Shown one piece after another: positions 1 through 12,300 of a stretch of 64,000 nucleotides of DNA. The DNA lies in the NCBI GenBank assembly GCA_023334545.1, contig JAADVB010000015.1, positions 74,626-138,625 of the forward strand, in the 5' to 3' direction. Source of the DNA: Salisapilia sapeloensis CBS 127946. Lineage: Eukaryota; Protista; Oomycota. The notes under the pieces were generated by a model. The model saw only the letters and a list, made by a program, of their open reading frames with translations, did not search any database and was not told the DNA's origin. Position 1 is the first letter of the stretch, and each line of letters starts with the position of its first letter. The position numbers were made by a program, and so were the translations under genes.

Positions 1-188
1 CTAATCTCCACTAACTTGCTTCCCTTTGCATGAAGATAGCTCCACAGCACCTGTAATCCGACTTGAGAACGATTCGACACCTTTAACGTGAAGTTGTATC
101 GTCGGAAGACCTTCGTGACACATCCTTGCATCAGTAAGTCATCGCTATTTTGCACCGCCGCCAAGTCGCAACGAAGCGACATACGACC

Positions 189-3100
189 ATGGTGTCGCTT
201 GGAATCGCCGACAAGGAGCTGCGAAGCGTCACGCTGCTGGAGCCTCTGCCACGATATTTGCGTCTCGATGTATTGCCGTTTGGTTGGTTATACTGCACCG
301 GTCTCTATCTTGGAGTCACGAGGGCTCTGGCGGTGGATCGCGCGTCTAGCTACGATCAAGATGCACTGACTACCTTGTTCTTCGCACTCACTCTATTTGT
401 TCATGCCCTGACGCTTCTTTCTGGTGAATGGAGCGTACACTGCCACGCCTGGTTGGCATACACAAGAGCATCCGAACTCCGAACGGATGTCACGCAGTTT
501 GTGCTTGTCGAGCCGGCAGACACAACAACGAGCTCATGTCAGCTATGTAAATGCGCTATTGAAACAAACTATTCTTCAATGGACAAGGTACGCATTCAAA
601 GCCATTAAATTGGTCGTAATTAATCTCGAAAGATGGATTTGCGCGTTTATTAACTTCTGATGAGCTAGGCCCGTTCCTCTCCAACGACTGCAAGCGTACC
701 GACCATGGCGTTTGTGTTTGAAAATGTTAAATTCGCTTTGTTTAATCCTGTTGAAGATGTCAACCGGAGCAAATCTGGGGCAAAGATGCGAAGCTTCCAT
801 CGCATCGACTTTCCCACAAGTCTCTCGATAGACACCTACATGGCTGCCACAGGTTACACAAGTGAGTCCAGTCTTGCTGTTGCAAAGCAAAAGTGGGGCC
901 AGAACGACTTTTTCATCCCAGTACCTTCGTTCGTAGCTCTTCTCAAGGAGCAGCTCGTGGCGCCATTCTTCGTCTTCCAGTTCTTTTGTATGCTCCTCTG
1001 GTGTCTAGATGAGTATGTGTACTATTCTCTATTTACTCTGCTCATGCTGGTGATCTTTGAATGCACTGTCGTTCTGCAACGACAGCGTAATATGGAAACG
1101 CTGAACCACATGCGTAGACCACCCCAAGCGATCTTTGTCTTCCGTCAGGTATGCTTCAATTTCTCCAAGTTTCCACAAAGTTACCAAATGACTTATCAAG
1201 CTGTACAGAATGATTGGACGCCCATTTCTAGTAGTGACCTCGTTCCAGGCGACATTTGCTCCATCGGGCAAGCGCTAGCGGCACCTAGCCGATCGGAAAG
1301 TATAGTTCCATGCGACGTCTTGCTTTTGCAAGGAAACTGTGTCGTGAATGAAGCCATGCTGTCTGGCGAATCGATCCCTTTGCGTAAAGAGCCTCTCGTA
1401 TCGTCTTCCGAGCGAGACAGCGACCTTCTTTCCATCGACTCGGACTCGGAGATGCGTCATCGGAAGCACGTCGTCTTTGGTGGCACATCCGTCCTCCAAC
1501 AGACCACATCCGGCCATAGCTTTAGCATACGAGATCCTCCCGATGGAGGCTGCATCGCATATGTTCTCCGAACAGGATTCGGGACGAGTCAAGGCAGTTT
1601 AATGCGTACGATATTGCACGCATCCCAGCGCGTGACTGCAAATAATGCAGAAGCTATGTGTTTCATCGCGTTACTCTTGGTCTTTGCACTCTGCTCTTCC
1701 GGCTATGTACTGTCCCATGGCCTCGCAGATCCGTTGCAAGACAGATTCAAACTCGGTTTGCACTGTATCATGATCATCACCTCCGTTGTGCCACCAGAGC
1801 TGCCGATGGAGCTGTCGCTTGCAGTCACGAACTCGCTCGTGGCCCTGACGAAGCGGGGCATCTACTGCACAGAGCCGTTCCGAGTTCCTTTCGCAGGTCG
1901 CGTGGATGTCTGTTGCTTTGACAAGACGGGAACGCTCACGAGCGACCGATTAAAAGTGTGTGGTGTGGCAGGTATCTCTCCAGACGCTGGACCACAACAA
2001 GTCGGAACAGAGCTGCTGTCAGCAGAGGAGTTGCCTCTAGATTCAGAGCTGACGCTTGCAGCATGCCACTCTTTGGTTTTACTAAATGGAAAGACAGAGC
2101 CGTCTGGAGATCCGCTCGAACTCGCAGCATTAAAGGCTGTTCAGTGGAAACTAGTTCCTGCCTTGAAGAGCGATACGTCTTTCACGACACGAGCCATTCC
2201 GTCCATCGCGTCTCCTCGGCGAGATAAGATCGACTCGGTACAGATCATGCACCGGTTTGCGTTTTCGTCTGAACTCAAGCGTATGAGTACAATCGTTGCA
2301 ATGACAATGGCTGATAATGAGGAAGATAGGGAGTCTCGGTTGCTGCTTAAAGGTGCACCAGAGGTGGTACAGCCCTTGCTGTCTTCTGTACCAGAGGATT
2401 ATACGTCTACCTATCAGCGTTTAGCAAGTCGAGGGAATCGAGTGCTGGCCCTGGCATGGAAGTCGCTGCCAAAGAAGTGGGCAGACGATCAGATCTACTG
2501 GAACCGTCTAGATCGGAAGGAACTAGAGAGTGATTTAACCTTCGCTGGCTTCCTAGTGCTCGAGTGTCCGTTGAAGAAGGACTCCAAACAGGTCGTGTCA
2601 GACTTGAAAGATTCCAGTCATCGTGTCGTCATGGTCACGGGAGACAACGCTTTGACGGCGTGTGACGTCGCTCGTCAGGTCGGGATAGCAGACACCTCCG
2701 AGCCCACTTTGACTTTAAATGTAGATGGCGAGAGTCTTACCTGGGACCTTGTACATGACCAACTGTCCCAAGACCCATCATCTATACCTTTTATGAAGGA
2801 AAAAGTTGCAGCTCTTGCAGCAGAGCACACACTATGTGTTACAGGGACTGCCTTGACGTTTCTCCAGGACAAGATTCACGACTTTATAGACGACAAGTCG
2901 AGTGGAGTGTCCAAGCAAGATTCCTTTTTGCGTGTACTAGAGGTGCTAGGTCTTCACGCACGTGTCTTTGCACGGACGTCGCCGCAGCAGAAGGAGCTGC
3001 TATTACTTGCTCTCAATCGAGCTGGTAAGACGACGGTCATGTGTGGAGATGGCACGAACGACGTTGGAGCGCTGAAGAGAGCCCACGTCGGTGTCTCCAT

Positions 3101-4113
3101 CGTCAATTCCCCCAACGGTTCGTCATCTCCTCGTCCCTCACGTCTGTTGTACAAACCCAAGCAGCAGTCGAATGCTCAGAAGCGCCTGGAACGGATGCGA
3201 CGGGAGCAGGAGGAAGAAGAGAGAGCGCAGGTCGTTCGGATGGGCGATGCGTCCATTGCATCTCCCTTCACGTCGAAAACGTCTAGTATCCATGTCGTCA
3301 AGCAACTCATTCGACAAGGCCGATGCACCCTCGTGACGACCATCCAGATGTACAAGATCCTTGGTATCAACTGCCTCGTGACGGCGTATGAACTGAGTGC
3401 ACTCTACCTCTTTGGAGTGAAGAATGGAGACCAGCAGCTGACTGTCTTGGGGGTATATTTCTTATCGATCTACACTAGTAATCTTTTCACAGGACTAACC
3501 TCATCTATGCTCGTTAGCTCGGCATCGCGGTCTTCTTTCTGTTCCTGTCGCAAGCCAAGCCAGCTAAGACGCTGTCGAAGGAAAAGCCTCCCACGGGCGT
3601 CTTTTGCTTGCCTGTCATGCTCTCGATATTCGGACAGTTTGCCATCCACTTGATGGTCTTGGTTGTAGGCATCCGTCTTGCGCAGCCGTACATTGACGCG
3701 AATGATCCGTCCATGCACCCGAACGGCACCTTTGAGCCTTCGATCGTCAATAGCGTCATGTTCCTGCTTTCGTCTGTCATGCAAGTGAATACGTTCGTGA
3801 CCAACTATCGAGGAAAGCCGTTCATGGAAAGCTTTTGGCAGCACAAACAGCTTTCCAGAAGCGCTGTCTTGGCCTACATTGTCCTCGCACTGGCCGTCAT
3901 GGAGGTATCTCCGCTACTGAATGAAACGTTGGAGCTTGTGGACATCCCGTCCGAGGTATGCTTCTACTCCTGTATCACTATTAGCCCATGTCTAATACCA
4001 AATAGGTGAAGATGTACGTTGGAATGCTCATGCTCGGAGATACGCTGGCTGTATTCTTTTTTGAACGTCTGGTGCTAATCATGACCTCCAAGCAACCTGC
4101 GAAACTACAATGA
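189..4113 (+). CDS. ATP13A1: P5A-type ATPase (ATP13A1/Spf1 orthologue), about 5 exons
   Basis: ORFs 150-608, 705-3653 and 3608-4009 join through GT-AG introns (588-668, 1149-1208, ~3453-3517, ~3956-4006). Motifs: LSGES, the P5 signature VPPELPMEL, DKTGT, KGAPE, TGDN and GDGTND. ATG 189, TGA 4111-4113. Confidence 0.93.
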
Positions 4114-4290
4114 AGAGACTAGTCTAGTAGGAACGCAATCAACTCGAGCTGTGTGTAAAACATATTATTCGACGTTCTCTTCATCCACTACGCACACAAC
4201 TTGAGCGGTCTGTCCATAGTTTACACCCGCCACCACTGCCTCCATCTTATACTGCACCTTTCGGCGCCGATTCCTTAAATACCGCATGAG

Positions 4291-5610
4291 CTACTCGAGG
4301 TCCTCGCCTTCGAACTCGTCCTCGTGTTCATACTGCATCGCCATCGCCGTCGCCACCACCGCGTCTCGCCTCAGCTGTTCATAGTAACGCATGGCAGCGT
4401 ACTGGTCTCCTTCCGACGCCGCCATCTCGAGCGCCATCTTTGCGTCTTCATCCTCCTCATCCTCCTGGTTTGATGTAGAAAGCATGCTGTCACCTGCCGC
4501 CAGCAGCGTCGGGAAAATTGGGCTATGACTCGCAGGAACAAGGCTCATGCTCGGAGGAGGTAGCGACGCCAGCTTGCTTGCCGTCGCCAGTGCCGCCTGG
4601 AACATGTCGGCCGACATCTGGATCTCTTGTTCATTGAAGCGACTGACGCTACGACGCTCGAGGAACTCGTAGATGCGGGCGACGAGGTCTGTGGCGTAGG
4701 TGCCAATATCCTCCACTTCATTTGACGTCAAGTGCCACAGCTCATCGCCTTCCGAGCACTCGATGGTGCTTCGACAGATCGGACAAGTCTTGTTCTGAGC
4801 GCTCCAGTGCTGGAAGCAGCTTAAGCAAAAGCTATGGGTGCAAGGGAGCACGACCTGCTTGCGCTTGTCCATGCATATCTGGCACTCCGCCTCGTCGAAC
4901 CCGGCGTTGGACTGCACATCTCTACATGATACAACGTCAGGACGTGATTAATCAGAAAAATATCTTCAAAAGTAGTGTCGTACGTGGGATGCTCCGGTCC
5001 TTGGAACGTGTGCAAAGAGCAAGAGCGCACGTCTACAGGAGAGAAAGTGTGTAAGTTTTCAATAGAAATAGTGCTGTGGAAGAAAAAGTACCGGATAGAA
5101 AACAGTAGATGTAGTAGAATTGGCGGACTGTGAGCACCTTGGCTTGTCCGATCGTGTTGCTGAGCTCGTACGCTTGTGTGATATCTTGCGCAGACATCCC
5201 ACTGTACTCGCCAGAAAAGTTGGATTTATCCTCACTGCGACGGATCTTGCGGGCCTCGACGTACACCTATTTCATACTTGACATGAGTTCCTATAGACCA
5301 AAGTGGCTGTTGTGGAATGGAACGTACGTTGCCTCGCAGACGCCAGACGTAGGGCAAGAGTTCGGCCGAAACGCGGTCGTTGATGACGATTCGAAAGGCG
5401 AGGTAGCACGTCTTGGGTGTCGGACACAGCCTCGCCCTATAAGGAACATTAGACGTGATGCACATTAAAGCGGCAGACGGTCGTGGGTGAGGGAATGTAC
5501 CAGTCGTTGGCGTTGTGGAGGTGGTCCTGCAGATCGGCAAAGGACCCCATGGTCTGCCGAATGCGCTTTTTCATGGTGTCCTCCTGCGGAGAAGACGCCG
5601 CTTGACCCAT
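4291..5610 (-). CDS. RNF141: C3HC4 RING-finger E3 ligase, RNF141-like, with an N-terminal MGQAAS myristoylation-type start
   Basis: RING motif CQICMD...LPCTHSFCLSC...CPIC in ORF 4291-4917. Upstream exons read MGQAASSPQEDTMKKRIRQ... from ATG 5610, with a donor at 5500 and an acceptor near 5437. The Gly2 plus C-terminal RING layout matches RNF141. Confidence 0.75.
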
Positions 5611-6173
5611 ACTTCAGATAGTAACGTTCTGCTTGGAGAAATCTGGTTGTGGCAGAGCTTGCACTTGAGCCGATGCACGCAGATTAGAAAGTGACTCTCG
5701 CTTCAATCTGTTCTTCCGATCGAGAATACAGACGACGTTTTGACGATTTGAAAATATTAAGCGTAACGCTTTTTCATGGGACAGGAATATGGAAAAGGGA
5801 GGTGCCGTGATTTAACGAACCTATGATGTTGCTGTACGAGTCCACAACGAGGGGATTGCATCATTTGCGCGTGTGTTTTAGCACAACGTTTAGGCTCTGT
5901 CAGATCGACAGCAGCCTTGATTCGCCATAAGCACGTGGACGTCGATAAGCGTCACGCTCGTTTCCCGCCTGCGACGTTTCATCTTTACCGAGATCTTGGC
6001 AGATGTATACCCATACAAACTTCAGTCTTGTGCGAAGCCACCTGACAGATTAATTGAAGCGACACTCAAGATACCCTGCAGCGACATCCGACGGAAAAGA
6101 GGAGCAAAGTATCGAGCTTGGGTGCCTCGACCGATCGTGACACTTACGCACCGATCTCTCTTGATAGTTCGAC

Positions 6174-8526
6174 ATGAGTGGGCTCACCGGTCAAACAGTC
6201 TCTGTCTGTGGCAACGTCTTTCGGTATATTGCATCTTATGTAGTCTATTTGCTGCTTCATGAACTCATTCGATTCTTCTGCTCGACAGCTTTGTCGAAAT
6301 GATCGGCAGAGGGTCCTACGGCACAGTACGGCTCTTTCATGTTATAGGACAGTAAGAAGGCATGGCTAACTTGCATTTACGTTAGGTGCATAAAGCTATT
6401 AACCTATCTTCCGGAGCGGCCGTCGCGATTAAACTTATCGACAAGGACAAAGTGAGGCGGCCGCATGAACGACAGAGCATTGAAAAAGAGATCGAGACCA
6501 TGCGCGTGGCCGTGGAGCAGTTCGAGAATGGCCACCCACACATCATTCGACTCTTATGCACCAAAGTTCGTACCCATCTTTTGTCTATCAAGATTATTAT
6601 CTTTCTTACATGGCCTTGTAGGAATCACATGACCACATCTACATCGTCATGGTACAATTTATCCCACTGTGCGACAACACTTGGACAGACTTACATGATT
6701 TATCTTTCTTTGTGCAGGAATACTGCGCCGGCGGAGATATTGCGATGCTCATGAAGATGCAAAATGGACTCTCGGTCGACCAAACACGATTGTACATGTC
6801 TCAATTAGGTATGTCCACCTGACGCAGCGTTCACTACTCCTTGTACTAAACACACAACAGCATCTGGGCTAACCTTCCTCCGGTCGACAAACGTCGTCCA
6901 TCGCGACCTGAAACCAGCCAACCTGCTCTTGTCCAGCAAGAACCCTTCCACGGCCAAGCTCAAGATCGCAGACTTTGGCTTTGCGAGAGAGTTGAAGCAG
7001 GAAAGTATGGCCGAAAGTGTCGTCGGGTCGCCGCTTTATATGGCCCCTGAGTTGCTTGAGTACAAGAGCTACGACGCCAAGGCAGACTTGTGGTCCGTCG
7101 GAGTCATCTTGTACGAAATGCTAGTGAACGACCATCCTTTTCTGGTTGTGGACAAGTCCCATGCGACCAACCACCTGGCTCTCCGTCGCAACATCTATCG
7201 ATACTTTGAAAAGTTCGGAAAGGTGCGATTCCCTCCGTCCCTGAATGCCCCAAAGGAATGTCAAGACTTGGTGGAAGGACTGCTGCGTGTGGATCCTAGG
7301 AAACGAATTTCCTTTGAAGAGTTTTTCAACGCCCCTTTCCTACTGCCTCCCACGCCTTCAGAGCCAGAGCAGCCATTGCAGAGATCGAGAGAGACGCAGG
7401 CACTGGTGGCGGAAGACCCGATGGAGTGTGAGGAGTGGTTAGCAGCGAGCGACGAGGAATATGTGATTGTGGACAAAGAGTATGAGGAGATTGGACGCCA
7501 GGTGCTGGACGATCAGGACGATGCCACTGATGCGCAGGTGACGGACGTGGTCGTGGACACGACTACGCCGCCGTCGACGCCAAAAGAAGATAACAAGTGG
7601 ACGGACGAGCAGCAGGTGGAAGAGCTGCTCGGCATCTGCTACAAGAGCTTTGACGTCGGCAGCGTGGCACTGTTCGTCCCGACGCCGCTCGGCCACTTTA
7701 TCGCTTTCCACGAAGGCTGTCCTCACTATTATCTTTCGGAAGAGACCATCGCTGCGTTCAAGAAAGAGGACGGATCGTATGTTGCTCTTACTCTTGTATC
7801 AAAGCACAAGGTTTAATGGTCTGGTGATAGAAATCCGCCCTACGTCCTGGGCAGCATCGTATTCATCGAAGACTGCGTCGCAGCAGCGGTACCATGCACT
7901 TGATATCATAGCACTCGACAACTGGTTGTGACTTTCTCTTCTATAGGAGAATCCGTATGCGCTAAAGGATGGGACGACGTACCACGTCGTGATGGTAGCT
8001 CCTCTGCTGTCCTCTTCCTCCCACCATTCAGAACAAGCAGGCACTGGTGGCAGTCTAGGATTTGATGAAACTCCAGCAGAGCTGCCGTTGTCTCAATCTC
8101 TGACGGCCAAGTCGCCGACGAACGCTGAGGCTGTGCAAGTGAAGACTGCCGCGACGGCGACTGGAGGCAAGATGGAGCACCAGCGCATCTCGTTCCGCAA
8201 CTTCCAGATCAGTCACTTGGCGCTCTTCTTCTTAAAGGGAGGCAAGCTGCCGTACATGGCCTTCAATGAAGGCGCTCCGAACTACTACCTGGCGAACGAA
8301 AGCATACAAGCAGCGGTGCAAGGGAGTGAGGACAAGACTGCTCCGGCATACATTCTGGGCGAAGTTATCATCATCGACACATTCCAAGCGACCGAGGTAC
8401 GTCTTGCTAGCTTCTTTTAGGTTGTTATTGAAGCTGATAATACGTGCATAGGACTTTAACCCGTACCGACTGGCGTACGGTACACGCTTCTATGTGGTGA
8501 CAGTGGCGAATCCAAAGAGGCGTTAG
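6174..8526 (+). CDS. ATG1: ATG1/ULK-family Ser/Thr kinase with an AIM motif and two C-terminal ATG11/FIP200 claw-like domains, multi-exon
   Basis: Spliced exons from ATG 6174 give GRGSYGTV, VAIK, EKEI, HRDLKPANLLL, DFG and VGSPLYMAPE. DEEYVIV AIM at 7451-7471. Two repeats of the ISF..F...ALF...YYL..ESI...YILG.I..I...NPY.L..G..YYVV pattern. TAG 8524-8526. Confidence 0.85.
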
Positions 8527-8613
8527 ACTTCTATTCTCTTTACTTTGTTTTGGCAAAAAGGGTGGCACGCAAAAGTAAATAAATCATGTCGTTTTGTACC
8601 TCTACCAGCCTCT

Positions 8614-9681
8614 TCATACCAGCGCATACGCCTTCACTTGATTCGTCGTGTCTGCTACGTACAACATATTGTCGGACGCGGTGCTCGTCACGGCATTCGA
8701 TTTGGCCTGGACGTGGAACTGCTTCAAGAGGAATTTTTCATCTGCGCTCTGGTCATTCCGGCTGGCGTTGGCATAGTCCCAGACGCACACCTTCCTATCG
8801 TTACCACATGAGATCAGCCATTCGTCCTTCTTGAACGCTGGGAAGTGCACTTGGTTCACAACGCCCGTGTGCTCCTCCAGCTTCCGCACCACGTTCTTCG
8901 TCGTAAAGTCCACGACTGCGACGGAAAAGTCGCCCAGACCGGCAGCCAGCGTCTTGCCCGCGCTGTGGAAGGCGATGGAGTGGACTAGAGGAGGGTTGAC
9001 CATCTGGTTGGCGTTAGCTGAAGTGGGCGTCGCTGTCTCGATCGAGTCCAACGCTACGGCGCCACCAGCGTTGAAGTCGATTTTAGATCGCAGACGACCT
9101 CGACTAAAGTCCCAGAATAGCAGGAAGCCGTCCAACCCGCAGGACGCAATATCCCACGAACTCTTTGGTCGGAACAACGCTTGCATGCACAGGTTGTCAT
9201 GCTGGTTGCGCAGCGTTTTCGTTAGTCGGTTCGTGTTCGTGTCATAAATGCAGATGGCGCCACTGTCGTCTGCAGCACAGAGCAAGTGGGATTGATTCTT
9301 CGTTGGGTGGAAGTGGAGGGAATTGATCTCGTCCGTGTTTGCCTGTAGCGCTTCGTTGCATGTCGAAGTCAGAATCATCCCTTCCTGACGCAGGTCAAAG
9401 GATAAAACTTGGCTGCCTGTCGCTACATAAACAGTATCTTTCCCCACTCGATCAAATGCAATCGCATTGACTTCCGTAGGTGCTTTATCAGACGACGAAT
9501 AGCCAAGCGCAGTCGTGACATTCAAGCACCGACTGGTCTTGGCCGTTCGTGTGTCCCATAGTCTGCAGGTGCCGTCGTCACTTCCAGAGGCTAGCGTGTG
9601 CGTGTGGATAGACTCATCTGCAAATAAAGCGTTCACATCCGCTCGATGGCCTTTGAATACAGAGGTCGGTGCGGCCGTCAT
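8614..9681 (-). CDS. WDR53: WD40-repeat protein, WDR53-like (355 aa, single exon)
   Basis: GH..WD repeats (GHRADVNAL...LASGSDDGTCRLWD; DGFLLFWD; DRKVCVWD). The NPPLVHSIA segment is typical of WDR53. Confidence 0.75.
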   Translation of the reverse strand: MTAAPTSVFKGHRADVNALFADESIHTHTLASGSDDGTCRLWDTRTAKTSRCLNVTTALGYSSSDKAPTEVNAIAFDRVGKDTVYVATGSQVLSFDLRQEGMILTSTCNEALQANTDEINSLHFHPTKNQSHLLCAADDSGAICIYDTNTNRLTKTLRNQHDNLCMQALFRPKSSWDIASCGLDGFLLFWDFSRGRLRSKIDFNAGGAVALDSIETATPTSANANQMVNPPLVHSIAFHSAGKTLAAGLGDFSVAVVDFTTKNVVRKLEEHTGVVNQVHFPAFKKDEWLISCGNDRKVCVWDYANASRNDQSADEKFLLKQFHVQAKSNAVTSTASDNMLYVADTTNQVKAYALV

Positions 9682-9892
9682 GAATGTCCAATTGGTCTCC
9701 AGTCGATTCGCGTTCCAAGTTCGTGCCGTAGACTGTTGTGGACCACACCACTTTCAGATTGGATGACACATCTGATAACAAGCCACCAAGGTATTCACTT
9801 TATCTTGGAAACTGTATGTAGTCATCGTATTCTTTGAACTGGTTGAACTTGAAACATACGCATAAATCGATTTGAGATCGAGCACCCAAGGC

Positions 9893-11654
9893 ATGCTACG
9901 CTTCCTTCGCCACACGCCGTTCAAACACACCCGGACGCTGAGGCAATTCTCAGCTGTTGGCGGAGTCCTCCCGCAGCCCCCGTCCTCCTCTCCGTCCTAC
10001 CTCGATGGACATGTCGACGTCAAGTCATCCGACTTTCAGGCCAATCTAGCGCAAATGGACGAACTCACGACCGTCCTGCGTGATCGTATGCGCCACGTTC
10101 GTCGTGGTGGAGGCGAAAAAGCCGTCGAGCGCCACAAGGAACGAGGCAAGCTGCCTGCTCGCGACCGGATCGACTCTTTATTGGATCCAGGTTCCCCGTT
10201 CTTGGAGCTCTCGCCGCTCGCTGCGTACGACATGTACGACAAGAACGTCCCTTCTGCCGGTATCATCACTGGCATCGGTCGCGTACAGGGCGTTGAGTGC
10301 ATGGTCTTGGCGAACGATGCGACTGTGAAAGGAGGAACGTATTTTCCACTGACGGTCAAGAAGCATCTTCGAGCGCAGGAGGTCGCACTGGAGAATGAGC
10401 TCCCGTGCATCTACCTCGTAGACTCTGGAGGAGCTTTCCTGCCATTACAGAGCGAGATCTTTCCCGACAAGGAGCACTTTGGACGCGAGTTTTACAACCA
10501 GGCGAGAATGTCGGCCAAAGGCATTCCGCAGATCGCAGTCGTCATGGGCAGGTGAGTTCATTCTAGTACTTTATATCTATTGCATACTAAAAGTGTTTTG
10601 CAGTTGTACGGCTGGAGGTGCCTACGTGCCTGCCATGTGTGACGAAAGTGTGATTGTCAAAGGCACGGGAAGTGTCTTTCTAGGCGGACCTCCGCTCGTG
10701 AAGGCTGCGACGGGTGAAGTGGTAACAAATGAAGAGCTTGGAGGAGCTGACGTCCATTGCCGGACGTCTGGCGTCACGGACCACTACGCCAACAACGATT
10801 TCCACGCTCTCGAGATCACGAGAAACATTTTAAAACACCTGAACCGAGTGTCTCCGACGCCTCGCACCAAGGTCGAGAACTACTCGGAGCCAAAGTACAG
10901 CCCAGAGGAGCTGGGCGGTCTCATTCCGACGGACTCTCGACAGCCCTTCGACGTGCGCAAAGTCATCGCTCGTATCGTCGACGGCAGCGAGTTTGATGAG
11001 TTTAAAAAGCTATACGGAACTACTGTCGTCACGGGATTTGCCTCCATCTACGGCATGCAGGTGGGTATCGTCGCCAACAATGGCATCTTATTCGCCGAGA
11101 GCGCACAAAAGGTGGCGCACTTTGTCGAGCTCTGTACGCAGCGAAAGATCCCGCTCGTCTTTTTGCAGAACATCACGGGCTTCATGGTCGGCAGCAGCGC
11201 CGAAAGTGGAGGTATCGCCAAGCATGGAGCCAAGATGGTGACTGCTGTCTCGTGTGCAGACGTGCCGAAAATCACATGTATCATCGGAGGGTCCTACGGC
11301 GCAGGCAACTATGGCATGTGCGGTCGAGCGTTCGGACCGAGGTTCTTGTACATGTGGCCGAACGCTCGTATCGGAGTGATGGGAGGCGAGCAGGCTGCGA
11401 ATGTTCTGGCGCAAGTCCAGCGAGACAATAAAGAGAGGAAGGGCGAAGAGTGGAGCGTAGAGGAGGAGAATGAGTTTAAGCAGCCGATCCTGGACAAGTA
11501 CGAGGAGGAGAGCTCTGCGTACTTTTCTACGGCAAGGCTATGGGACGACGGCATCATCGACCCGAAGGACACTAGAAAGGTATTGGGGCTGAGTCTTGCA
11601 GCCGCTGTGAAGGAGAAGGAAGATGAGACCAAGTTCGGAGTCTTCCGGATGTAA
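9893..11654 (+). CDS. MCCC2: 3-methylcrotonyl-CoA carboxylase beta subunit, mitochondrial
   Basis: Carboxyltransferase motifs [60 protein letters not shown] and FGVFRM. One intron at ~10552-10603. Arg/Ser/Thr-rich presequence. Confidence 0.95.
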
Positions 11655-11680
11655 ATCAGAGACAAAAGTTGCTTTTCTCT

Positions 11681-12097
11681 TTATTGCTTGTCGTTGCTGA
11701 ATTTGGATCGAACGGCGCGTTGGAGCTGGTAGATCTGCGCTGTCTCGTTTGAGGCGTGGCATGCCAGCAAGAGATAGTTGCGAGGCTTGACCATCCAAGC
11801 GAATCGCATGAACACGGCGCTGTAGACCGTCAGAGCTAGAGGAGAGTTAGTTGTGGAGCAGGTTGATGGGACAAGAGATTGATACCGGTAGTCATGTTGA
11901 CGGAGATCTTGTCTGCTGGTTTCTTAATGTCACTTAGAGCCTACGATGACAAGCGAGTTAGCTAGAGGAGGGAAATGGGGATGTGATGCGCGTACGGCGA
12001 CGACGAAGCCCCAGTTGGCGACGGGCCCCCAGAAGTGGGTCGTCTTCGGACCCGTGGGGCTGTTGAGAAAAGTTCGGAAACGCGCCGCCATCGACAT
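11681..12097 (-). CDS. MPC1: Mitochondrial pyruvate carrier 1, spliced
   Basis: Exon 1 reads GPKTTHFWGPVANWG. The last exon reads FMRFAWMVKPRNYLLLACHASNETAQIYQL...NDKQ*, with TAA at 11681-11683 on the minus strand. Confidence 0.9.
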
Positions 12098-12300
12098 GAC
12101 TACTTGTACAAGGTGAGGCTCCAATAGAGAGCGATGTGCGAAAGTAGAGGAGTACCTTCGTAGAGAATAAAATCGATATTTGCTGCTTGGAGCCGCACGA
12201 CGATCTGAGACGGAGCGAAGGGTTTCAATTGTGGAGCTTGAAGAGCCGTTGATCCATCTGATCGCTTTGGCTTGCTTCGATTCTATTTTGTGCTTCGACA

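Noticed and set aside
1-131. Minus-strand frame from ATG 131 running off the window edge
   Set aside because: Only 43 codons are visible with no motif, so it cannot be told from chance.
10480-10500. MCCC2 [10 protein letters not shown] instead of HFGRIFYNQA
   Set aside because: This position varies in the family (Thr in human as I recall it) and is not catalytic.
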